Source: Octopus vulgaris
Taxonomy: Eukaryota
Length of the DNA stretch: 64,000 nt
Direction: 5' to 3'
Assembly (NCBI GenBank): GCA_951406725.2
Contig: OX597819.1
Span: forward strand, 57,474,001-57,538,000
The position numbers and the translations under genes were made by a program. The notes beneath the pieces were generated by a model, which did no database searches, was not told the origin of the DNA, and saw only the letters and a list, made by a program, of their open reading frames with translations. Of the stretch, positions 53,449-64,000 are shown in pieces (positions within the stretch are counted from its first letter, which is position 1; every line of letters starts with the position of its first letter).

Positions 53449-53488
53449 GCTAGAATACATACATACATACATATATACATACATATAT

Positions 53489-53556
<68 letters not shown>

Positions 53557-53560
<4 letters not shown>

Positions 53561-53750
53561 GAGGGTGAAAAAGTTGGATATTAATTTAATAACATCAATT
53601 TGAACACCAGTGGCCTAGCGTGTAAAAGACTGAGATTCAGTAAATATTATTAATACACAACTATAAGAGGGCGTCCACTATGTGGACGCTCTTACGCTAG
53701 ATATAGATCCGCAAAGGGACTCCAACACTAAGAATTGTTCTCAAGAAATA
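53557..53750 (-). mobile_element. Family T repeat
   Basis: catcaatttgaacaccagtggcctagcgtg...gcgtccactatgtggacgc...acgctagatatagatccgc...ttctcaagaaa. Confidence 0.6.
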
Positions 53751-54766
53751 ATTCAACGTAAGCTCTCAAACCGGCGTAAACTACTGCAGTAAATTACTTA
53801 TGCAGCATTTATATCCGGGAATTTAGCGCGCCAGAACGAGGACATTTGAATGTAACTGTGAATATAATCGGCCGAACTGTTCGTCTCTCTGACCTCGTGT
53901 TAATATCTGCCGTGCAGTTCCACAAATTATATTTTAAGACGTACTCCACTGAGGATTCGAGGATATTTATGGAATGGCCGATATTTTTAGCAGATTGTGT
54001 CATCGTGTAGAAGCTCCTACGTTAACTCTTCATAATTTCAGTAGCGCTTACGAGAGAAATTTACGATAATAGTTGTAAATGTTGTGTAACAAGTTTGGTT
54101 TTCGCAGCTGCAGACAGGAAATTGTATAACGTGAAGAGATGAACTGACTAACTGTATACAGTTTGGGTTTGCCAATGGTAGAGAAGATTACATATATTTC
54201 TGGCTTTCTCGTTTGATTGTTTCATTGGAGGGACTGAGCATATGGAATACTACGTGCTTCAGTCTTACCAGATGTCGATTAACATTGGATATTATAGTAA
54301 TGACACCTGCAATTGATTGATTTTTTTATTGATAGATTGATTGGTTGATTGATTGATTTTTCTGTGATGGTGGAAATGGCACGCATACCTTTACCATTGG
54401 TTGTTTCACTAATGGACAAGCTTCAACAAGATTGCTCTATCCTTCAAAAATAGCAGATAAGTCCCTCTCCAATGATAATCTATTTTGTTTAAATTGAGAG
54501 AACAGATTTGATGTTACCGTTTTTCTAAAAGTGTATCCGTGATTGATATAGGAAATGGAGAATGGAGCTATATATTATACTGCAAGTTATTCTCAGATCA
54601 AAGATCTTGAGTGGATACTTATAAGAAAGAGGACACCCTTAAAAATACAGAAGTCATTTTTAGGGAGTCTCACTTTACCAGAAATTAAACATCATCAACA
54701 GCAAACGCAACAAAATTCTAAATAAAATTCACAGAACGAAATGAAGAAATTTATCACTCATGTTGT

Positions 54767-54777
54767 TTCTTCTTCTT

Positions 54778-54853
<76 letters not shown>

Positions 54854-54916
54854 CTCTTCTTCTTCTTCTTCTTCTTCTTCTTCTTCTTCTTCTTCTTCTT
54901 CTTCTTCTTCTTCTTC
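54767..54916. repeat. (TTC)n-(TTA)n-(TTC)n compound microsatellite
   Basis: Seen directly. Confidence 0.95.
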
Positions 54917-55194
54917 CAATCGGGACTCACGCCATTAGCCACAAAGAATAATCTCTAATTCGAGCCTACTCTAAGCTACTAAGAATGCGTGTGGCAACTT
55001 GAAGATCCACCCACCACACGCGATAGACTGGCGGTTGCACCGGCGCGAAAGCTACGTTGTTATCTTCATTCCGTAAACGGGGGCTTTTAACGGGTGGAGA
55101 GTTGAACCATTCTGGGGTACAGAGGATTCGCAATCTAGACTAGGGTCTGAAATTTTACCACACCATAGTGGGTTGCACCATAGTTCCTCTGCTT

Positions 55195-55393
55195 TGTGGC
55201 AGAAGTAGGAAGAAAGGGTGAGAGAAAGTTGTGGTGAAAGAGTACAGCGGGGTTCACAACCATCCCCCGCCGGCCGGAGCCTCGTGGAGCTTAGCTGCTT
55301 TTGCTCAACAAACACAATGTCCAGTTTGGGAATCAAAACCGCGTTCTCACGACCGCGATCCGCTGCCCTAACCACTGGGTCATTGCGCCTCCT
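55195..55393 (-). mobile_element. tRNA-derived SINE (family B)
   Basis: Homologous to 21590-21782. Confidence 0.8.
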
Positions 55394-56178
55394 CTGTTGT
55401 CGCTGTTGCGGCAAATGTTGTTTCAGTTGTTTTTGTACTTGTTTAGCCCAAAATGAGCCCGGATTGAGTTCGCTGATGATGAAATGCCATTTCTCATGAG
55501 AAAGTAAAAATCTCGCGATTTCTTCATTGAGCCACGCGTCAGTCATGAAAGCATAGCTTAAATGTCATGAGTGTGGTCCCCCACTCTTCTGATGAACTCT
55601 TTCTGCATTTCTACAATATACTGGTCAATGAGTGATTCCATTTGGAAAACGTTAGGTTTTGATTTGAAGAAATGTCATTGCTATTTCTGGTTGAACGAAT
55701 GACCGGGTAGAGACACGCATTTTAACTTGACGACTTATGTTGACAGTGGTGTATCAGGGCAGCCTTGACCTAGAAAATTTTCTATCTAAACCGTTCCAGC
55801 CGTGGTCACCCATTCATACCGATTATTTTATAAATACTTTATCGAGTACAACATAGTATGAGACAGTAATGTGTGATTTGCGATAAATATTTGTGGTATT
55901 TTTAGCAGGTCGTACGACTACTAAGAGTTATAGCTTAGCCTCAGTTTTGTAAGTGAAACATACTGGTCGAAAAATCACAAGAGATAAATTAAGTGTGCTG
56001 AGGTATCTGTGTGATGTAATAATATTTCCTATTTCTATAACGAATTTCGTGTTCTATGTGTATGTAAAAACGTGTTTTGTGGAGTGGATCTTTTTTATAT
56101 GCATACGTATTGTGTGAGTATAAAAATACACATATTTGAAGACATCACAGTGTTTATATCGCTTCAGTATGAGTGAGC

Positions 56179-56251
<73 letters not shown>

Positions 56252-59200
56252 CATATATATACACACATGCACATACACACGCATATATATACATACTTAC
56301 GTATTTGTGTTTATGTGCTGATGTGTGTGAGTGCGTGTGTTTATATATGCGCATATGTATTTGTGGATATGTGTCTGTTTACGTATTTTTAGAATGTGTG
56401 AGTAACACTGTATCCGCGGAGCTGTGTCTTTGCGTTTATGTATTTTAAGAGTGTAAGCGCTTAAATATAGCTCATTTCCTAGACGTCTGTATCAATTTAT
56501 TGTGTATGTTTTGTAATTGTGTGTGTATAAATATGTCTTGTGCATGTGTGTCAATGTATGTCTATGTTTACGGTGAACACAAAAACTCATACATACATAC
56601 ACATATACGGATATATAAACCTTCCCTCACACAGACACGCACATATGCATATATATAAAATGAGAGACAAAGGGAGAGACAGAGAGAGGTAGAGATAGAT
56701 AGACAGGGAGAGGTTGGTGTATTTATGCAGCTGTCTTTGTGTTTATATGGTTAGAGTTTAGTGTGTGTATGCATGTGTATGTGAATGGGCGTACTTGTGG
56801 ATATGCGTGTGTTAGTGTTTATATATATTCAGTGTAGGTGTGTGATTTATTCATGAACCTGTCGTCAATTTTACTGACCATTTAATTAATGGTCGTCGGA
56901 AACCATCATTTGAATAAATGAATTTCTCTAATGATAGCCGTAACATTGACTTAATCAAGCTGACGACATCAATGAATGGGAGGGGGTAATAGAATAATTT
57001 CCAAAGAATTCGAAATTAACTATATTCAACGAAATCACATTAATTAAATATTTATGTTGTTTTTTTTTTCTTCATCTGTTCTTTGTTTAAAAAAAACAAA
57101 ACAAAAAAGGAAATAATATCCTTGATAACATCTCTTAATTAATAAGAACTTCACTGAGGTTTGTACGAAGATGCGACGAGGAATCATTAACTATAGCATT
57201 ATTTGGTTAGGTATAGTCAATGTCCTGATCATTAAGTTTCGGAATAATTATTAGAAGTCGTTGAAGTGTTAGATAAAAGCTAACTTGTTCAAAAGCTCAC
57301 TGTGCATGATTTTTTTGTTTGTTTCGTTTCGTTTTTTATTCTCTTCGACAAGATTTTGATTAACTTCCATTGCTAGTTAAGATTTAAATTTTTCACATGA
57401 AATAAGATGGAAAGAAGAGAAACAAACTTGATTTGTTAAAATGATATAAAGTTTCAACTCATATGCATACACATTAATAAATATCTGCATAAAAGCATGT
57501 ATGTGCAATAAAAATGCGAATAATGGAAGTTTAACTAGAATCGTTTACGCAAGGTATTAAAGTATCAATTATTTATGTATGAAAACGTGTTTGCCATTTG
57601 CTTGTCTTTTTGTGCTGTAGTCTAGAGGTGGGGGGTTGTGTTTGTTGCCGTTAGAGGTTATCCGACGCTTATGAGATTTATACGATTTGAATTAAACACC
57701 TGTAAACTAACGTTTGAACAAATGAGTTGCATAGAGAGGTACTTAAAAGACGACGTTCTGGGGAAGAATTGTTGGAAGGCAATTAATACAGTTTCTGGAG
57801 AATGGTAAATAGTAGGAATCGTGCGAAGTGGAAGCATGACTTTGTTGGGTGTCGTAGATAAATGTATATGTAGCTATTTTCTTCAGAGGAAAATAAATAG
57901 TTACGTATAAATAGTAATAGTTACTTATACATCTATCTAGATGGATGTATTAGTAACTACTTTCTTCAGGCGTTTGCAATAGAAACGAAACAAAGAAGCG
58001 TAAGAAAGAAGGAAAGAAGGAGGGAAAGAAGGAAAGAAAGAAGGAAAGAATGAAGGGACGGAAGAACGGAGGAAGAACGGAAAGAAACACGGAAAGAAAG
58101 AAAGAAAGAAAGAAAAGCGTGAGAAAAGACAACCCAAGTCCAGAAGTTGCTAGGTGCTAATGACTGCGTTTTTAACTATCAGATGGATGGCCTTCTTTCG
58201 GATTTCGGCAATAAAGGCTGTGTGGAGCCTGAAGAGGAATTCTAGAATTTGGAAGCTAATTTATTTATGCGGGATCGACACGAAAACTCAATGTTGGAGG
58301 TAACAAGTAGATCGTTAATTAATAGAGAAGTGGTGAGGAGGAACGGGTAATGGGGGAATCTTGTCAAGAAATAGATTTGGTGGCGTATACATGAGATAGA
58401 AAGCTATCATTGTGATATGATACGAAGCTTCAAGTCCAAGAAATGATAGATAAATGAACGCTAAAAATTCTAACAAATTTTTGTCAATTTTTTCAAGATA
58501 ACGACGTCTTTTGAGTGACATACAACATCGGATCATATTCCTCTAACCGCTATCGGATCGGAGATGGAAACCGCAAGTGTGAGTCCCCGTGAGTGAGAGT
58601 GGGTGTTGCAGCGCATCTCCCACGTCATCCTCCCAGGCAAGGCGTTTTCTATTTTGTCTCCTGAGGCCAGAGAGGTTACTTATGACAACGTTTAATCACA
58701 GATTTCATGAAAGAGCTTCGTAGACGATAATATTTTGGAAATATATATATATTTATAGCATTGTAATAAAAGCACATTTATTCTGAAGAAACATCAACGG
58801 AACCAATCTAGTTCCTTGAGAGGTTACCTTTTATTAGCTGCAAACTTTGTAAATACTTATACATCGGATCTTCAGTACACAATGATCTACCAAATGTGTA
58901 TTAATGGTCGCTAGACAGTAAAGGGAAGATCTACTGTGTCGCAGAAAATTTACACCATTTCCTTTGACCTTTGATATGTTTGAAGTCAAAGTAAGTGGTC
59001 AATAATTGAAAAAGACGAAATGTTTCGGGAATTGGAGATGGAAAACTGTAGCTTGTGTGTAAAGAAAGACAAAGATCTACAAGAGAGGAAAAGAATTGAA
59101 GTGATGATAAGAACAGAAGCTACCGCTGTAGCATAAGACATGACTGCAATAGAAGAGAAAATGCCAGGATTGGTATCCTAGTGGTGTGAAACCAAAATGA

Positions 59201-59999
59201 TAATTTCGTTCTTGATGTACGTGATGATGAAGTTGGTAGTAGAGTAAGGTACTAATATTTAAAAGGGTCTTTTCAGAATGTGAATTGTAAATATTCACCT
59301 AATTGTTCCCCATGCGAGTGCTATACACGAATGTTTAGAAGGAGTTGGCTTCCAAACATTTGGCTTAGATTCATTTGTAAACAGATCAAACACGGTGGCA
59401 GTTTTTCTTTTTTTCAGGATCTTCAGTGAAAGAAAATTTATTGTTTTCTACATTATATCTTACAGACATTACAATTGAGAGCAAAAGCCATTCTGTTTTT
59501 CAAGAAACATGATTTTCTACCCAAGTCAAGGTTTCATTGAAATTATATATATGCATAAAATATATTTACTCTAGCGGAGAAGAAAGTTTTAGTTCACAAC
59601 TCAAAACTAATATCCATCTTTCTAACAAGACGATCGTGACTTTTAGAAATCTTCTGATTAGGTGTAAAATCTATCAATCAAGGCGGCAAGTGTTACTGAA
59701 GCATCAAAGATAGTAATTTACGGCAAGTCTTTTCGATTCTTAGAGTTCTTTTAACGTTCTTCAACAACACTAATGGCAAAATGTATTTGTCATTGCGTTC
59801 TGTTTGAAGAGTAACGATGACATGAACAGAGGAAACTAGCATGAATAATAACCTATTGGTCTCCAGCAAACTCTTTACCCTAGGCCATGGCTTCAAAAAA
59901 GTAATTCATATTTTGATCCATAGTGTCCTGAGATATATGAAAGCTCAAACATGATCACTCTTAATCATAACAGTTGAGCAGAATATATTAGTTATTCTT

Positions 60000-60393
60000 T
60001 TAATTGTTTCAGTCATGTGACTGTGGCCATGATGGAGCACCGCCTTTAGTCGAGCAAATCGACTCCAGGACTTATTCTTTGTAAGCCTAGTACTTATTCT
60101 ATCGGTCCCTTTTGCCGAACCGCTAGGTTATGGGAACGTAAACACACCGGCATCGGTTGTTAAGCGATGTTGGGAGACAAAATCAGACACACAAACACAC
60201 ACACACATATATATATATATACATATACATATATACGATGGGCTTCTTTCAGTTTCCATCAACCGAATCCACTCACAAGGCTTTGGTGAGCCCGAGGCTA
60301 TAGCAGAAGACGCTTGCCCAAGGTGCCACACAGTGGGACTGAACCCGGAACCATGTGGTTGGTAAGCAAGCTACTTAGCACACAGCCACTCCT
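60000..60393 (-). mobile_element. SINE family A, full length
   Basis: Minus strand: ggagtggctgtgtgctaag (A box), gggttcagtccc (B box), internal (TA)(TG) tract, tail ggcggtgctccatcatggccacagtcacatgactgaaac. Confidence 0.85.
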
Positions 60394-61317
60394 GGGGATG
60401 TTTTATAAATATTCTGCATTCACCAGTTGGCTTTAAAGATGAGACATACCCATTTTGTTTATACTATAAAGAAAACATTCATAAGCGATAGAACAAAACA
60501 TCGTAACATGTTAATACCTTTCTCATAGCAATATTAATTTCGAATAATCCTTAAAACTATATAATTAACATTATTCCCTGATATTTGACACGTACACATG
60601 AACGATTACTTGCAGATATGCTATGAAGGAATAAATTGTGCGATTTACGAATCTATTCAAATTAGAATTGTATGATATTCACGTATTTCTGAAACATTAT
60701 TTATGTTCACATGTCAGTCAAAACCAGACATATTTTCTATTTCATCACTCCCAAGAAATTAACATCAAACAAAATCATACATATCTAGAGATTTCAGTGG
60801 TTATTTTACTAAAATAAACACACCGTCATCTATTTTAGGAAGTAATTAAATAGTTTGACGAAATGCCGGCATTTCAATAAAAACTGGTCATTTAAACTCA
60901 TTGGTGTTATTTTTACTGCTTGTCGTTTTTAGATAATATGAAACATCTCCATAAAATCTCTTATGTAGTAAATCGCTTGCTTAATATTAGCTGATCGAAA
61001 CTTCTTTTGTTTTATCAACTAACTGGATTACATATCTAGAGCAATGCCGAAAACTAGCGAGCTATGCCGTTCACAGCAAATCGGCTTCAGCGTTTGTAGG
61101 CATGCAGATTTACATTCTCGATAATGGATCCTAGTTATATCGTGGAATGAGTTTAATTAATTAACTCTGATGTATAGAATTATACGCTCCCAAAAAAGAA
61201 AGTGTTATATTTTTCTTAATGTAGCATTTGTTGATTTGTTGATGTGAAGTCGATGAATAATCTCGACTGAATAGATTGGAGTAATTTATGCGTAAAACTA
61301 TAATCAATCTTGATTAG

Positions 61318-61356
<39 letters not shown>

Positions 61357-62266
61357 AGTGGATGTGCGATGGGTATGTGTGTGAGAGAGAGATGTGTGCG
61401 TGGTGTGTGTCTATAGTGCACTTACACATACACGTGTACATATTGTATACCTACATAAACGCGGAAGCTCACACACACATATATGTATGTACATAGTTGT
61501 GTGTGACTGCGTGACTGTGGGTATCTGTATGTATGTATATGTATCCGTAAAATAATTTGATTGGCACAGCCACTCCTGAATATCGAATATATTTGTGAAT
61601 CATCGCAACACACTAATAAGATGGAAGGCAGTTAAATTATGCCTCAGCTAACAACTTTTTATACCAAATAACATTTGAATCATTGAGAAACATTTTTAAA
61701 ACACAGACACTTTGTTATTTGTTTGTGTCCAATGGCAACTGTTCAAGATTCAGGAGAGGGAAAACAGATAACTTTATGTTCGTTTCATTTGCTTATTAAT
61801 TTTGGCGTAACATTGCGAGCAATCTATCAAACTAAGAGAACACGGTAAATATACCCGTTTACGCAGAGATCAGCGCTTACATTTTAGTTAGTCTGCCAGT
61901 AAATTTTAAACGGTAGTATATCACTGCTGCTGCTGCAGCTGCTGTTGTTGTTACTTGCCGAGAAGTTCGAAATTAATGATTTGTTATTACTTAGCTCGAA
62001 GTTTCTAAATTTACTCTGGAGAGAAAAATGAGATTTTAGAAATATCATATGAGAACATTAATTAGGTATACTTGTGTGAAATGTCAGTATGTGAATTACA
62101 ACTGAATTCAACTTACGAACACAGCTTGTTAGTTCCAGATTGTATTGTTTTATTTACAAATAAGGAGAAAGAGATTAGGTAATAAGATGTTAGATTGTAA
62201 GGTTATAAAAGTGTTTCCTCGAAAATGATGGGAACGAAAATGAAGTGATATTAGAGCGGAATAATA

Positions 62267-62835
62267 TTGGGCTGTCTGGAAAGTTCGTGCTAATATTTAA
62301 AGGAAAGAAAAAGGTCAATAAATACATGCCATTACATTTTTAAGCAACCAGATATTAACCATTTTGTTGCACAATCCGTCTCCATCTTTCCTTTAACTTG
62401 AAAATGCCCTCTTCCCAGACTTGAGGAGGTTTCAATGGCAAAGAATTCAGCAAGGTATCTTTTTATGTCATCCAAGGAATTGAAATGTTTACCATTAAGA
62501 CTATTCTGCAGAGACCTGAATAAGTGGAAACCCGAAGGAGCAATATCTGGTGAATATGGAGGGTGGGGGTAACCCATCCCAGCTGAGCTGCAGCAATTTT
62601 TATCTGGTTCCCAAAGCATCAAGTGCCGAAAATGAACTTTCTTATCTTCCATTTTAAGGGGTTACAGAATTAACACAGCTTATAGGAACATAAGCCTTCT
62701 TCCACGAAAAGATATTGTAAACTGTGTTCTAAATGGAGGTGTAATCACATCCTATGTTATGGACTCAACCATGTTCTAAAATAAGTCGAAAGATAAGCTA
62801 CTATATAAATCGGCACGAACTTTCCGGACAACCAA
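62267..62835 (-). mobile_element. Internally deleted mariner with ~28-bp TIRs and TA duplication
   Basis: ttgggctgtctggaaagttcgtgc / gcacgaactttccggacaaccaa; ORF joins MEDKKVHFRHLMLW directly to HPPYSPDIAPS.FHLFRSLQN. Confidence 0.88.
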
Positions 62836-64000
62836 TACTTTAAAAATCTGCTTCATTGTCAATGGTCCCACAGTTTTATTTGTGTCTTTCACCGATGTCT
62901 GTTGCTGCTTTCTGAAAGAACAAAAACGTTTGATACACGAACGTGATCAAACTTGAAGTGGTAGACGTTCTCACTCTAGTGAAATTATAGGTTTTCATTC
63001 ATAACCACTAACACTATTAATGTACTATCAAGTCATTTCACTGGTTATTCTACTAACAGATAAAGTCCCATTTTTGTTGAGGAAAGATTCAATAGTTTGA
63101 ATATATGCCAGCATACGACATGTATTTATGCCTTTCACCGGAAAGAAATAAAACATTACACAGAATTCGAGAGCGATTGAATTTGAAATCTATCAAGGCA
63201 AAACTAATTACTTCTACAACATTTAATCATGTCAGTTTGCTGTTTCTGCCAATCCCAGTGCTATCTCCAAAAGAAAGTGTTATTAATGCTATTGTTTCTA
63301 TTGTGTGGAGAAAATGTTTTTGGTTAAAACATTTTACTGTATCTGCCATAGATTATCTCGCTATAAATTAGGTAACATAAATACGGTTTCTTCTTGGTAA
63401 TATCGTGAAATGCCTAAGTGGCTTACTAGAAATTATATTGCTTTCAAACTTGATTTAGAATCAGACTAGTATCTTGACTGTCGATAGTGGAAAGCGGAAA
63501 ACAAAGGCAATTACTCATCGTCTGTAATGTGTTATAAAATTGCTCAAAAGTTGACCAAGTTCGAATCCATAGAACCAGTAAGCACTGCTACCCTCTCTTC
63601 TATGCTCAGCATTGTTATCTGATATGCCCAAAGAATATGATTGATATAACAATGAAACACCTGAATGATAACTAGCGGCTCTTTCATATCGATTAATCAC
63701 TCTTTCCAGACAAGACTAAAACACATATAACAGAAAATCGATTGAGGTCAATCTAATGAAAGTTTGTAAGAGTTGCATTCATATGCTACAGTTGTGTGAG
63801 TTGGCGGGGTATGGGGGAATATTGGCCGTTACGTTTTTGAAGCTATTACACATACTAACACTGAAACACTGTTGTTATTCATATTGATGTTTTAACAGAA
63901 CTGCTCTTTACATATTAATCTTTACATACATACAGACTCACATATACACATATACACGCACATACATACATACATACATACATACATACATACATACATA

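Noticed and set aside
55052-55546. 164-aa ORF
   Set aside because: Largely reads through a family B SINE; no domain similarity
58100-59900. Possible ancient L1/Tx1-type LINE relic
   Set aside because: Compositional impression only; no diagnostic motif readable in frame

Overview
AT-rich eukaryotic DNA, extremely dense in (TA)n, (CA)n, (GATA)n and (TATG)n microsatellites. The repeat families resemble coleoid cephalopod (Octopus-like) genomes; this is an inference, not a database match. I found no host protein-coding gene, so the window looks intergenic or intronic. Most short ORFs are microsatellite artefacts. The recognisable content is decayed transposable elements: a CR1-type LINE, at least three Penelope-like elements (two Naiad-like, one Neptune-like), two RLE-type LINE fragments, mariner/Tc1 relics, a full-length decayed hAT with a perfect 8-bp TSD, a non-autonomous Helitron, many tRNA-derived SINEs and a 5S rRNA pseudogene. 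The most interesting signal is at RNA level. About ten hammerhead ribozyme (HHR) motifs can be folded by eye, including a canonical one, an A3-U8 compensatory variant and several with ~30-100 nt stem II extensions. A young ~565-bp non-coding tandem array (29601-31292) carries one HHR per unit plus a Penelope-style terminal inversion, consistent with a retrozyme that could yield a ~566-nt circular RNA. Several diverged Penelope-like 3' ends also share an apparently conserved, covarying multi-helix fold that is not a hammerhead.
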